The notes under the pieces were generated by a model. The model saw only the letters and a list, made by a program, of their open reading frames with translations. It ran no database searches and had not been told where the DNA came from. Shown piece by piece: positions 10,216 through 21,026 of a stretch of 64,000 bases of DNA. The translations under genes were made by a program, and so were the position numbers. This stretch comes from an uncultured Spirochaetota bacterium (GTDB lineage: Bacteria; Spirochaetota; UBA4802; UBA5550). The stretch is from the NCBI GenBank assembly GCA_963827275.1, contig CAWHAA010000008.1, forward strand, positions 486,244 to 550,243, written 5' to 3'. Numbering within the stretch: position 1 is the first letter of the stretch; each line of letters starts with the position of its first letter.

Positions 10216-10788
10216 TTATACTGCCAGGTGCTCGATGAGGATTTTTATCCCGATGGCGACAAGGACCAGGCCGCCGATCGCCTCAGCGCGCTTTCCGAAA
10301 AAGGGGCCCACCCTGCTGCCGATGGCGACCCCGAGCGCGGAGATAAGGGCGCAGACGACGCCGATGATGATGCTGGGAAGCAGGATGGGGCGGTTGAGCA
10401 CGCCGATGGAGAGGCCCACCGCAAGGGCATCGATGCTGGTCGCGACCGAGAGTACGATGAGGGACCAGCCGCGTGACGGGTCCGGGCGCTCGTCGATGGG
10501 ACAATCCGCCTTCTCCCGGGAAAATGACTCCCGCACCATCTTCAGGCCGATGAAGACCAGGAGGCCGAAGGCGAGCCAGTGATCGTATGACCTGATGTAC
10601 CGCTCGAGGTACATGCCGCCGAAGAAGCCGATGACCGGCATCATGAACTGGAAGAGCCCGAAGCTCGCGGCGAGGCGGAAGTAATGGCCGGGACCGGGCC
10701 GCGGTATGGTAATCCCGCACGAAACGCAGACCGAGAAGGCGTCCATGGCGAGTGCGACTGCGATGAAGAATATTGAAACCAGGTCCAT
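10216..10788 (-). CDS. mntP: Manganese efflux pump MntP
   Basis: ALAMDAFSV and ATSIDALAVG repeats; FGLFQFMMP. Confidence 0.92.
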   Translation of the reverse strand: MDLVSIFFIAVALAMDAFSVCVSCGITIPRPGPGHYFRLAASFGLFQFMMPVIGFFGGMYLERYIRSYDHWLAFGLLVFIGLKMVRESFSREKADCPIDERPDPSRGWSLIVLSVATSIDALAVGLSIGVLNRPILLPSIIIGVVCALISALGVAIGSRVGPFFGKRAEAIGGLVLVAIGIKILIEHLAV

Positions 10789-11128
10789 GGGCCATGTATA
10801 GCGCGCACGGGCCGGCAGTCCATAACAATACCTATGCGTGTGTCAAAAAATCCCGGCGACCCTTCCGGGTTTAAAAATATTCCCCCCCGTGGAAATATGT
10901 ATTGATTTTTATCTTCCGTTTGCCTAATTTGCCGTTCAGTGATTAAACATATAAATATAAAGAAAGATGGAGGATTGCGATGCTGCGGTATGCAGCACCC
11001 TCCCTTGTTTTTTCGCTCTGTCTTGAATTCGGGTTGATTTACGGGAATCGCACCTGTGCCGCGTGAGGTGTGCTGCAAGGAGTGGGCCCGGCCCCGGTTC
11101 ATAAATCCAATATGCAGAGGGAACAATA

Positions 11129-14100
11129 ATGAAATGGCTGGTTAAAATTTCCATCAACAGGCCAAAGACGGTCATCGCCTGTATCGTCGCCGCTACGCTG
11201 TTTTTTGCCATCATGCTGGGTGTTAATTTCTCGGTCAATGTCGACCCGATGAAGGCCTTTTCCAGAAAGATGGACGTGATCAAGTATTACCACCTGACCC
11301 TGAAAAAATTCTCCATGAAGGACACGATCCTGATCGGCGTCGAGAACGAGAAGGACGGCATCTTTAACGTAAAGACGCTCCGCTACGTTGAGCAGGTGAC
11401 CAGGCGGTTCAAGGCACTCAAGGTCGATAAGACGTACAAGAGCGTCTTCACCGGCGAGAAGGAAACGGTGGAGGTCCCGTCGCGGATCTCGACCGACCAG
11501 ATCATGAGCATAATAAACGCCGATGACGTCATGGTGAACAAGGCGACCAACACGATCGTGATGGGAAACCTGACCAGCAGGGCGCGGGAAAAAGCCGGGC
11601 TCATCGACCAGGACCCCGAGGAGATGAAAAAGCTCCCGGAACGGGACGAGGATCTGGAGAAGCTCCTCCCCTATCTCAAGAAGGAGCTGGATGGGAACGA
11701 CCTGCTGAAAGGCACGCTCTTTGCCGTCGACGGCAAGGCCTGCGCCATCATGGTCCCCGTTGAGAAGAGGATCGACAACAAGCTGGAGATCATACGCCGC
11801 GAGATGTCCTACATGGTGGACGCGTCAAAGCTGAGGGACCGCTTCAGCGGGAGGGACTTTTATTTCCAGCATGACATATACAAAAAAGAGGTCAACGGCA
11901 CCACGGTCGACGATGAGTTCATTGAGGACACGGTGGCGGCAAACAAAAAGAAGATCCGCTCATACATGCTCGGTCTTCTCTCTCCGTTCAGCGATCATTA
12001 CAAGGATTTCTATGCATCACTGAAAAAGAACGAGGTGGACGAGGAATACCTGGACGCCATCTACCGGATGATTGAAAATGACGCGGCGTACGAGAAGCCC
12101 GATGTCGAGCTCACCTACCTGGACCTGATTGACGACCTGTACAAGTTTGTCATCGAGAACCTCGATCCCTACAGCAAAAACAACCTTGAATCGAAACTCT
12201 ACAACGTCTCCAGCATATATGACGTCGGGCATATTTACAAGATATTCATCGACATCACGGAGAAGGACAAACCGGCCGGGCTGAACATCTACATCGCCGG
12301 CATGCCGGTCGCCGAAGCCCTGCTGATGGGTCTTGTCACGAACGATCTCTCCATCTTCATGGCCCTGGCCACCTTCGTCATACTGCTGATACTGTTCCTC
12401 ACCATCAGGACCCCCACCGGGATCTATCTCCCCCTGACTGCGGTGGTGATCAGCATCGTATGGCTTATGGGCGGCATGCTCATGGCGGGCATAGATTTTT
12501 CTTCGGGGACCATGGCAATGCCCTGTATCCTGATCGCGGTCGGCAGCTCTTATGTCATCCATTATCTGGTACGGTATTACGAGAAGGTGGCAGGAAAAAC
12601 CGCGGCGGATGTGAAGACGGTCCTCCTCGAAACAACGGACAGCATTGACACGGCGATCTTTCTGTCAGCGATAACGACCATGGCCGCTTTTATCTCCGAC
12701 GTGTTCATTGACGTCGTTGATATCCAGCGGCTGGGCTACCTTGTTACGCTCGGCATCGCGATAAACCTGTTCCTTACCTTTACCTATATCCCGGCCGTGC
12801 TCGCGCTCCAGCCCCCCCCGAAAGGGACCCGCGAGTCATTTTTTGAACGGATCATCATGAGCGCGGTGCTGAAGGGCGGGGCCAACACCGCGCGGCACCC
12901 GCGCACGGTGTTCTGGGGGGCCCTTGCGCTGACCGGTGTCTTCCTGGTCGGGGTATTTTTTCTCAAGACCGAGAGCAGCATCTCCTTCATGTTCCTCGAG
13001 AAGAACCCGCTCCGGCAGGCGGACAAGTTCATCAACAAGGAGCTCACCGGCACCGGCCAGATGTGCATCGTCTTCCGGATGAGGGACCGTGTGAACCTTG
13101 AAAGCCGGGCGGCGCAAAAGGACCTTGCCGCACGGATAGACGCGTTTATCGCTTCGTACCGGACTCTTGCGAATATCCACCCGGACCTGAACGTCTCGCC
13201 GGAGATAACCCGCTATTTCATAGATGACCTGGGGAATTTCAGGCAGAACACGCAGAAAAACCAGGGGGCCATCGAGGACCGGGTGGCGGTATTCACCGAC
13301 ATCATGAACGAATATTTCGAGAGCGAGCAGGCCGGCAAGGACGCCGCGAGCAGCATCGGCGCGTCCGCATCGAGCGATGACATCAGCGACATGGCCGATG
13401 ACACGATGTACGCGAGCGGCAGGCACCTGACCATGACCCCGCAGGAAGCAGGCATAGAGAACATAATCGGCAGGGTCAAGACGATCGATACCGCCCGGGC
13501 GCGCGACGCGGCGCGCCAGTTTATCAGGGCCGCCCGCACCTATAAATACGACGCGGCGGGGAAGGTCTTTCTCGGGGACTTTTTCCTGCTGTCGGATTTT
13601 TTCCATACTGACATCACCCAGCCGGTCACGCTCCGCAAGATTGACGAGCTCGGCAACGCGCTGAAGGCCCTGAAGGAGCCGCATGCCGTCATTGACGGCG
13701 TAACGGTGCGTCCGGTGGGCAACATCATGAGCATTACCGACACCCTGAAGGTCATCTACAAGGTCTTCTACCACGAGGACAGCAATGAATTCAGGAAGAT
13801 CCCGAGCGTCAGGGAGGACGGGATCCAGGACAGGTCGCTCACCGACCGCGGCATCATCGGGGTCTGTTTGAACCAGTTCGCCGCGTCGCGGGAGGACGTG
13901 TACAAGTACCTGGTGACAGACGACATGAAGCTTATGCAGTACGTGGTGTTCATGCGGAGCGACAAGGCCGATTTTCTCCGCGAGTTCGAGAAAACCTTCA
14001 ATGAAATGTTCAAAAAAATATTCCCGGATGATGATCCCTATGTGGAGAAGATCATCGTGTCGGGCATGCCGGCCATAAACCTGAAGATGAACGAGGCCAT

Positions 14101-14704
14101 CCTGATCAACCAGATCCAGTCGATCATCGTGACGGTCATCATCGTGTTCCTGGCATGCACCTTTATCTTCCGCTCGTTTATCGGCGGCCTGTTCGTGTCC
14201 GTGCCCATCTCCTTCACGCTCATCATTACCCTGGGCATCATGGGATACCTCGGGATCCCGATCAACTACAGCACGATACTCAACGCATCGATCGCAGTGG
14301 GGGCGGGCATCGATTACTGTATCCACTTCATTGAGCGGTTCAAGTACGAGCATATTGTTATGAAGCTTGATTTTACCGATGCGTACCGGAGGACCCTGAA
14401 AACCACCGGGCTGGCCATCGTCACCTCTACCCTGACCGTCGGCCTCGGGTTTGCCGTGCTCGGCTTCTCCTCGTTCAAGATTTTAAAAATATCAGGCCTG
14501 CTGGTGACCGCTTCCATGATTCTGAGCGGGACCTTCTCGCTCACCGTGCTCCCGGCGATGATCATCTGGCTTAAGCCGGGGTTCCTGAAAGAAGTGAAGC
14601 CGTGGGCGGTTGAAGAAAAGCTGACGGTGGTCTTTAAGGGCCTTCTGGACCGTGCGAAGAGCGTGAATTTAGAGCAGTTCAACATGTTCAGGAAGAAGTG
14701 CTGA
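11129..14704 (+). CDS. MMPL/RND-family lipid transporter with large extracytoplasmic insertions
   Basis: Two TM clusters; IAVGSSYVIH and IAVGAGIDYCIH; 1191 aa. Confidence 0.85.
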   Translation: MKWLVKISINRPKTVIACIVAATLFFAIMLGVNFSVNVDPMKAFSRKMDVIKYYHLTLKKFSMKDTILIGVENEKDGIFNVKTLRYVEQVTRRFKALKVDKTYKSVFTGEKETVEVPSRISTDQIMSIINADDVMVNKATNTIVMGNLTSRAREKAGLIDQDPEEMKKLPERDEDLEKLLPYLKKELDGNDLLKGTLFAVDGKACAIMVPVEKRIDNKLEIIRREMSYMVDASKLRDRFSGRDFYFQHDIYKKEVNGTTVDDEFIEDTVAANKKKIRSYMLGLLSPFSDHYKDFYASLKKNEVDEEYLDAIYRMIENDAAYEKPDVELTYLDLIDDLYKFVIENLDPYSKNNLESKLYNVSSIYDVGHIYKIFIDITEKDKPAGLNIYIAGMPVAEALLMGLVTNDLSIFMALATFVILLILFLTIRTPTGIYLPLTAVVISIVWLMGGMLMAGIDFSSGTMAMPCILIAVGSSYVIHYLVRYYEKVAGKTAADVKTVLLETTDSIDTAIFLSAITTMAAFISDVFIDVVDIQRLGYLVTLGIAINLFLTFTYIPAVLALQPPPKGTRESFFERIIMSAVLKGGANTARHPRTVFWGALALTGVFLVGVFFLKTESSISFMFLEKNPLRQADKFINKELTGTGQMCIVFRMRDRVNLESRAAQKDLAARIDAFIASYRTLANIHPDLNVSPEITRYFIDDLGNFRQNTQKNQGAIEDRVAVFTDIMNEYFESEQAGKDAASSIGASASSDDISDMADDTMYASGRHLTMTPQEAGIENIIGRVKTIDTARARDAARQFIRAARTYKYDAAGKVFLGDFFLLSDFFHTDITQPVTLRKIDELGNALKALKEPHAVIDGVTVRPVGNIMSITDTLKVIYKVFYHEDSNEFRKIPSVREDGIQDRSLTDRGIIGVCLNQFAASREDVYKYLVTDDMKLMQYVVFMRSDKADFLREFEKTFNEMFKKIFPDDDPYVEKIIVSGMPAINLKMNEAILINQIQSIIVTVIIVFLACTFIFRSFIGGLFVSVPISFTLIITLGIMGYLGIPINYSTILNASIAVGAGIDYCIHFIERFKYEHIVMKLDFTDAYRRTLKTTGLAIVTSTLTVGLGFAVLGFSSFKILKISGLLVTASMILSGTFSLTVLPAMIIWLKPGFLKEVKPWAVEEKLTVVFKGLLDRAKSVNLEQFNMFRKKC

Positions 14705-14736
14705 GCCCCTTCCGGCTTTCTCGCTGATGATTTTGA

Positions 14737-14790
14737 TGGACCGCCTGCGCCGCATTACGGCATATCTGCCGATGCGGCGCAGACGGTCCA
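14737..14790. repeat. Long GC-rich inverted repeat downstream of the MMPL gene
   Basis: TGGACCGCCTGCGCCGCAT...ATGCGGCGCAGACGGTCCA (18/19 match) with inner CGGCA/TGCCG stem. Confidence 0.8.
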
Positions 14791-14978
14791 CTACGCTCCC
14801 CATTCCCTGGTATCGCGGCCCTGCTCCACCCCTGACTGCCCGGCATGCCCGGCGTCCTGGATAGCGCCGGGTTCACGCGGCGCCTGCTGCGTTCCGGACC
14901 TGAAAAAATTTTCTTGTAATTATCATCATGATGTAGTATGAATGCAGCATACTCGATAACTCGCGAAAAAGACCTGGA

Positions 14979-16916
14979 TTGAGAATGCCCAAAAAAACAT
15001 TAACATCTCAAAAGAACAGATCTGTCAAAAAAACTACCGGCACACCGAAAACCGCGAAGGTGAAGACCCCGGCCGGGTCCCCCGTAAAAGGCCGGGGCGG
15101 TAAACCAGCCCGGGATTATCCCTCCGATATTTTTTCGAAAATTTTTGATGCCAATCCCATCGGCATGGCGGTGACGAGCATCGACGAGGGGCGGATTATC
15201 AAGGTCAACAAGGGCTTCCTTGAAATGACCGGCTATTCGGAGCAGGAAGTCCTCGCCCGCACAACCGCGGAATTGAACATCTGGGATTCCCCTGCTGAGC
15301 GGACGCATGTCATCGAACAACTCGGCGCCGCCGGCCATGTGCGCAATCATGAAGTAACGATGCACAGAAAATCCGGGTCCACGCTGCATTGCCTTTTTTC
15401 CGCTGAATTTATCAGGCTGAAGGGCAAAAACTTTGTCCTGAGCATGGCGGTGGATGTTACCGAGCAGGTGAACGCCCGGCGGGCCATGGCAGAGGGCGAA
15501 GCGACGTTCCGGCTCCTGGTTGAGAACATGTCCGATTCCCTGTGGGTAATGGACCTGCGCACGATGAAAATTCAGTACACTTCCCCTTCCGGCTTCAAAA
15601 TACTCGGGTACACCCAGGAGGAATCGCTCAGCCAGGGCGCGACGGACCTGGTGGCGCCGGACCATTTGCAGATGGTCATTTCCTCCATCGCGGAAGAGAT
15701 CCGGAAGGACGGAGCGCCGGGAGTCGATCCGGAACGGACGCGCACTATTGAACTCAAGCAGATACACAAGAACGGATCGATCGTGTGGGTTGAAATGACC
15801 GTGCGGTTCCTCCGCGATGCATCGGGGAAGCCTGACCGGATCCTCGGCGTGTCCCGCGACATTACCGAGCGCAAGCGGGCCGGGGAGGAGCTGCAAAAGA
15901 GCCGGGACGCGTTTCGAAACATTGTAGAAAGCAGCCCTGTCGGCATCTTCAGGACCTGTCCCCCGGGGAGGTTCGTCATGGTGAATCCGGCGATGGCCCA
16001 GATGTTCGGCTTTGACACGATCGAAGAATTCCGCGAGCGGATGAATGATGAAGCCTCCCATGTATATTACAACGCGGAAGACCAGGAGCGTTTTTTATCA
16101 TTAATCCGGAAGACCAAAAAATTCAACGGCGTTGAATTTTTATGCAGGAACAAAAGAGGTGAGCCCTTCTGGGCCATGGCGAGCTGCCGCGCCATCGTGA
16201 ATGAGAAAGACGAGATAACCGCAATCGAAGGATTTTTCAGCGATATAACCGAGCAGAAGCGGGCAGAGGAAGGCCTGAAAAAATCACAGGAGCAGCTCCG
16301 GGACATGCTGAAGGAAAAGGAGGTCCTTCTCCGGGAGATCCACCACCGGGTCAAGAACAACATGCAGATCATCTCGAGTCTCCTTGGCCTGCAGGCGGCG
16401 CACGTGAAGGACGGGCGTGACGGCAAACTCTTCGAGGTGAGCCAGGGCCGCGTCAGGTCCATGGCGCTGGTCCATGAGAAGCTCTACCGGTCCGAGTCCA
16501 TCGCAGGGCTTGATTTCCAGGAATATATTACCGACCTTGTCAATGAGCTGTTCAGGACCCACTACGGATTGGTGAAGGTAAATGTCATAGTTAACGCCAG
16601 GGATATTTTCATCCCCATCGACGATGTTATCCCCTGCTCCCTTATCATATACGAGATGGTGACGAACGCGCTGAAGCACGCCTTTCCCGTGGACCGGGGG
16701 GGCACAGTGGTCATAGATTTTTTCTCCGAGGGGGATGAGAAGGTGCTCCGGATAAAAGACGACGGGGTCGGCATGCCGCCGGGCCTCGATTACCGGAACA
16801 CCGATTCGCTGGGGCTGCAGCTCGTGAATGCGCTGGCGAAGCAGCTGAAGGGGGCGGTGCAGTACAACGGCAGCGGCGGCGCAGAGTTTACCGTCAGGTT
16901 CAGGGGGCAGTCATGA
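14979..16916 (+). CDS. Multi-PAS sensor histidine kinase (HisKA_2 type)
   Basis: Three PAS/PAC domains; EIHHRVKNNMQ; NALKHAF; DDGVG; SLGLQLV. Confidence 0.92.
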   Translation: MRMPKKTLTSQKNRSVKKTTGTPKTAKVKTPAGSPVKGRGGKPARDYPSDIFSKIFDANPIGMAVTSIDEGRIIKVNKGFLEMTGYSEQEVLARTTAELNIWDSPAERTHVIEQLGAAGHVRNHEVTMHRKSGSTLHCLFSAEFIRLKGKNFVLSMAVDVTEQVNARRAMAEGEATFRLLVENMSDSLWVMDLRTMKIQYTSPSGFKILGYTQEESLSQGATDLVAPDHLQMVISSIAEEIRKDGAPGVDPERTRTIELKQIHKNGSIVWVEMTVRFLRDASGKPDRILGVSRDITERKRAGEELQKSRDAFRNIVESSPVGIFRTCPPGRFVMVNPAMAQMFGFDTIEEFRERMNDEASHVYYNAEDQERFLSLIRKTKKFNGVEFLCRNKRGEPFWAMASCRAIVNEKDEITAIEGFFSDITEQKRAEEGLKKSQEQLRDMLKEKEVLLREIHHRVKNNMQIISSLLGLQAAHVKDGRDGKLFEVSQGRVRSMALVHEKLYRSESIAGLDFQEYITDLVNELFRTHYGLVKVNVIVNARDIFIPIDDVIPCSLIIYEMVTNALKHAFPVDRGGTVVIDFFSEGDEKVLRIKDDGVGMPPGLDYRNTDSLGLQLVNALAKQLKGAVQYNGSGGAEFTVRFRGQS

Positions 16917-18568
16917 TCAGGTCAAGGCTGTTGCTCGTCGAGGATGAATACATCATCGCGCTCGGCATCCGGAAGAGCCTCGAGAGGCTGGGCTACGAGG
17001 TGTCCGCGGTCGTCACTACCGGCGAAGAGGCGGTGTCGAAGGCGATCGAGCTGTTGCCGGACCTGATCCTCATGGACATCGTCCTGGCGGGCCCCATGGA
17101 CGGGGTGGAGGCGGCGCGCGCGATAGCGGCGGAGGCCGACATCCCGGTCATCTACCTTACCGCGAACGCCGACAGCGCCACGGTGGAACGGGCCCGCGAT
17201 ACCATGCCCTACGGCTATATGAACAAGCCGATCAACGACCGGGACCTGATGAGCAATATCGACACGGCGATCCACAAGCACCACATGGAGCGCCGCCTCA
17301 GGGAAAGCGAGGAAAAGTACCGGTCCCTTGTCGAAAATATCAACGATGTCATACTATCGGTGGATGAAAACGGGACCGTGACCTACGCGAGCCCGCGGGC
17401 ATATGATGTCGCGGGCTACCGGGAAGAGGACCTGCTGGGGAAGAACCTGATCAATTTCGTCTACCCGGATGACCGGGAGCTGGTGATCAGCCTCTTCGGG
17501 AACAGCAGGGCGGGCGGCTTTACCCCGGGCCAGTACCGGGTGCTGTCGAAATCGGGCGACATTGTCTGGGTGCGCACCTCGGGGAGGCCCATTTTCGTCA
17601 ACGGCCGCTTCAACGGGGTCAGGGTCATCATGAGCGACATCACCGAGCGTATGAGGATTGAAGACGAGGTGAAGATCAAGAACGAGGAGCTGACGTCGGC
17701 AAACGAGGAGCTCCAGGCCATCATCGAGGAGCTGGAAGCCACCAACGAAGAGCTGCGTACGGCCAACATCCAGTTTGAGGAGAAGAACCGGGAGCTCTCG
17801 CGTGCGCGGAAGGACCTGGCGGAGCAGGAGGCCTTGCTGGCAAGCATCTCCCGTGTGGCGCCGGCCGGCATCGGCCTGATCAAGGACAAGGTGCTGCACT
17901 GGACCAACAGCATGATACAGTCGATCTCCGGGTACGCGGAGGAAGAGCTCCTGGGAAAAAGCCTCAGGATCTTTTACACGAACGATGAAGAATACAAGTC
18001 GGCGGTCGATAGAATGTACCGCCAGATAGGCGAGCGGGGCATGGCCTCCTTCGAGGCCCGGTGCCGGCACAAGAACGGCTCAACCTACGATATCCTGATC
18101 AATGCCGCATTCCTTGACCCCCGGGGCAAGGAGGGCGGTATTGTCTTCACCGCGATGGATATCACGGAAAAAAATCGGGTATCGAATGCGCTTGCGGCAA
18201 GTGAACAGAAATTCAGCTTGATGCTAAAAGAATCGCCGTTTCCGATAACCATAATGGACGGCAGCTCCAGATTCACGTACATGAACCCCCGGGTGATACA
18301 GGTCCTCGGCTACACGACCGAGACGATGCCGACGATAGAGGAGTGGTGGGAAAAGGCATATCCCGATCCCGCCTACCGGGAGAAAATCAGGAAAGAATGG
18401 GAAGAGAATGTCCGCCGCGCCAGGGACGGCAATACCATAGTCAAACCGATGCCGGCGAAGATCCATTGCGCGGACGATACGTATAAGTGGATAGAGTTCC
18501 ACATGATGTTTGTTGCTGATATGTCCTTTATTATTGCCAAAGAATTACCGGGAGAACCCGCAGCGTAG
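16913..18568 (+). CDS. Response regulator with REC, PAS, coiled coil, PAS, PAS and no output domain
   Basis: LLVEDE, LMDI, YLTA, KP; ATGA overlap with the kinase. Confidence 0.88.
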   Translation: MIRSRLLLVEDEYIIALGIRKSLERLGYEVSAVVTTGEEAVSKAIELLPDLILMDIVLAGPMDGVEAARAIAAEADIPVIYLTANADSATVERARDTMPYGYMNKPINDRDLMSNIDTAIHKHHMERRLRESEEKYRSLVENINDVILSVDENGTVTYASPRAYDVAGYREEDLLGKNLINFVYPDDRELVISLFGNSRAGGFTPGQYRVLSKSGDIVWVRTSGRPIFVNGRFNGVRVIMSDITERMRIEDEVKIKNEELTSANEELQAIIEELEATNEELRTANIQFEEKNRELSRARKDLAEQEALLASISRVAPAGIGLIKDKVLHWTNSMIQSISGYAEEELLGKSLRIFYTNDEEYKSAVDRMYRQIGERGMASFEARCRHKNGSTYDILINAAFLDPRGKEGGIVFTAMDITEKNRVSNALAASEQKFSLMLKESPFPITIMDGSSRFTYMNPRVIQVLGYTTETMPTIEEWWEKAYPDPAYREKIRKEWEENVRRARDGNTIVKPMPAKIHCADDTYKWIEFHMMFVADMSFIIAKELPGEPAA

Positions 18569-18579
18569 CGCCGCGCCGG

Positions 18580-19377
18580 TCAACGGGCGTCGTTCGTTCC
18601 GTCCTGAAACCGCATCACCCCGAAGTTCAGATTGCGCCCGCGGTCGCCGGCGCGGTATGAAAAATACTCTTCGTTCGAGGCCAGGGTACACTGCCGCGCG
18701 CAGAAGATGTTGTCCGCCGGCACCCCCTCGCCGGTGAGCGAGCGCCCGATGCCCCCCCATAGATCGAGATAGAGCCTGCCGTTTTTTTCTTCGACGTCCC
18801 CCGGGAAGAGGTCCGCCACGTCGCGGCCCACCGTGTATGACGCGGGGCCGATCGAGGGGAGAATGAAGATCTGCAGGTCGCGGTACGACGAGCCCGCCCG
18901 GCGCGCCATCTCCCGCACCAGCGTGCGCGCTATGGCGAGCCGGGTGCCGCGCCACCCGGAATGGGCGGCGCCGAGGGCCCGGCGGACCGGGTCGTACGCG
19001 TACACGGGGACGCAGTCGGCGGTGCGGATGACCAGGCAGATGCCGGGCAGGAGGGTGAGGAGCCCGTCGGCGGCCCCGTGGATGAGGCGCTCCTCGCGGG
19101 GCGGCTCCTCGATCACCAGGATGGAGTCGCCGTGCTCCTGGTCGAGCGCGATGATGTCGCGCGCAGCGATGCCCGTGGCCCGCTCGAGGAGGGTTTTTTC
19201 CTGCCGCCGCACTTCGTCCGGCCCCAGGGAGTAATCGACCCGGTTGGCCGACCTGGCGATCACGCCGATGTCGAGTCCCGGGAAGGCATGGGTCAGGCGG
19301 TATACGCCGTCTTCCTGCTTATCGAGGGAAACCATGGCCGGTTCCTGGTACGCACGTGTGGTGTGCCGCGCGGTCAT
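18580..19377 (-). CDS. pgeF: PgeF/YfiH purine nucleoside phosphorylase (laccase-domain) protein
   Basis: QEHG, ADGL, RTADCVP, HSGWRG, PSIG, FSYR. Confidence 0.9.
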   Translation of the reverse strand: MTARHTTRAYQEPAMVSLDKQEDGVYRLTHAFPGLDIGVIARSANRVDYSLGPDEVRRQEKTLLERATGIAARDIIALDQEHGDSILVIEEPPREERLIHGAADGLLTLLPGICLVIRTADCVPVYAYDPVRRALGAAHSGWRGTRLAIARTLVREMARRAGSSYRDLQIFILPSIGPASYTVGRDVADLFPGDVEEKNGRLYLDLWGGIGRSLTGEGVPADNIFCARQCTLASNEEYFSYRAGDRGRNLNFGVMRFQDGTNDAR

Positions 19378-20162
19378 AGCGGGATGTCATAGCGCTTCCG
19401 CTTTTTGAAGCCGGAGATTTTTCTGTATCCCGCGCGGGTTATCGCTTCGACCGCCTCCGGGAAGAGGCGGCCGATCCGCTCCGGCGCATGGGCGTCCGAG
19501 CCCAGGGTGACCGGGACATTGCTGGCGAAGAAGATCCCCAGGATGGCGTCGGACGGGTAGAGCTCCGCGGCGGGATGCGCCATGCCCGCCGTGTTGATCT
19601 CCGCGGCGATGTCATTGGCCGCCATGATGCGCGCGATGTTTTCAACGGCGGGGCGGAAGTCGCGGTCCGCCCTGAACCCGAATTTCTTGATGATGTCGAA
19701 ATGGCCGGCAATGTTGAAGAGCCCCGATCGCGCCATCGATTCCATCTCCGAATAATAACGGGCATGGATATCGTTGATGTCCCGGTCCCGGTACCCGTCG
19801 AGGTAGTCCGGGTGGTCGAAGGGCCAGCCGTCGATGAAGTGGCATGAGCCGATGAGGTAGTCGATCCGCGGGTCGGTAAAGTAGCGCTCTTCGAAGGAGG
19901 GCAGGAGGGGGTAGTCGACCTCGAAGCCGATGCGCACGGCTATCCTGTCCCTGTAGCGCTCCCTCTGTTCCTCGATGGCGCCGATATAGCGCTCGACCTC
20001 CCCCGCGGACATGGTGAATCCTTCGCGGGTCTCCTCCGGCATCGGCGCATGGTCCGAGAACCCTATTTCGCTGATGCCCTTCGAAAGGGCGGACTCGATA
20101 TACTCGCTGACGGTCCCCGTCGCGTGGCCGCAGAGGCTGGTGTGCGTATGATAATCGACCAT
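19374..20162 (-). CDS. Histidinol-phosphatase, PHP (HisJ/HisK) family
   Basis: DYHTHT-LCGHA, GFSDHAP, GSCH, GHFD, EINTAG, GSDAH. Confidence 0.9.
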   Translation of the reverse strand: MVDYHTHTSLCGHATGTVSEYIESALSKGISEIGFSDHAPMPEETREGFTMSAGEVERYIGAIEEQRERYRDRIAVRIGFEVDYPLLPSFEERYFTDPRIDYLIGSCHFIDGWPFDHPDYLDGYRDRDINDIHARYYSEMESMARSGLFNIAGHFDIIKKFGFRADRDFRPAVENIARIMAANDIAAEINTAGMAHPAAELYPSDAILGIFFASNVPVTLGSDAHAPERIGRLFPEAVEAITRAGYRKISGFKKRKRYDIPL

Positions 20163-20167
20163 GGGAC

Positions 20168-20833
20168 TCAGTATCCGTGGCGGGAGTAGTAGAGGGAGAT
20201 GTCGTTGAGCGCCTCGTAGACGCTGTCGTTCACCGCCGCCTTCTTGATGAGGAACTTGTCGATCGTGTCCTCGGGGCCGTGCCTGATCACCGAGAGGAGG
20301 TACCAGAGCGGGTGGACGTGCACGTCCTGCGAGTCCTCGCGCCTGACAATGTCGTCGGTGAGTCGGTCATTCAGCACCATGTCCATGTCCGGCCCGGAGA
20401 ATTCATCGCTCCCGTCGCGGCCCGCGTAGCGCATCAGGTAGAAGTGGGGATGGAACAGGTACAGGACGAGGATTTTCTTCTTCCTCAGATACAGCCCGAC
20501 CAGCTCGATGTTCCCGATCTCTATGAATCGCGGCCGTATCACGATTTTTTCTATATTGTAGAAGTCCGCCTTGTTCGGGTAGAACGAGAGGAGATACCGT
20601 ACCCGGTCCGGGTTCATCAGCAGTGAATTGTTGCCGGGATACTGCAGGCCGGGGTGGATGATCTCGATGATGGCGTCCCCGTGCTTGTACCGGTCACGGC
20701 GGTACAGGCTGTCAAAGCGGCTCGAGAGGAGCGCGTTTATGTCAAACGCGAGGTCGTCGTCGATGTTGACGATGTCCGGACGGGCGCTCCGCGGCCGTGA
20801 ATCGCTGTCATAATATTCTTTTATATCGAACAT
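20168..20833 (-). CDS. Hypothetical protein, first gene of the hisJ-pgeF run
   Basis: 221-aa ORF, GC3-biased codons, 5 bp from the next gene. Confidence 0.7.
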   Translation of the reverse strand: MFDIKEYYDSDSRPRSARPDIVNIDDDLAFDINALLSSRFDSLYRRDRYKHGDAIIEIIHPGLQYPGNNSLLMNPDRVRYLLSFYPNKADFYNIEKIVIRPRFIEIGNIELVGLYLRKKKILVLYLFHPHFYLMRYAGRDGSDEFSGPDMDMVLNDRLTDDIVRREDSQDVHVHPLWYLLSVIRHGPEDTIDKFLIKKAAVNDSVYEALNDISLYYSRHGY

Positions 20834-21011
20834 ATCGTGTCGTGTGCCTGCTAAAGTACTGTATAATATAATTAAAAATCGCCGTTTTTGTCAATGATTT
20901 ATGGTATTTCTGCCGTGTCGATCGAAATATGGCGAAAAAAAACCGGGGACGCGGAAGATTCTCAACAAATAGAACTATTAATCCGAAAAATACCCTATAC
21001 GCTGGCTGAAA

Positions 21012-21026
21012 TGGCATGATTTCTGC
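21012..21026 (+). promoter_or_regulatory. Putative sigma54 -24/-12 promoter
   Basis: TGGCATGATTTCTGC (GG-N10-GC). Confidence 0.4.

Noticed and set aside
10789..11128. yybP-ykoY Mn riboswitch upstream of mntP
   Set aside because: No GGGGAGUA-type conserved core seen on the minus strand
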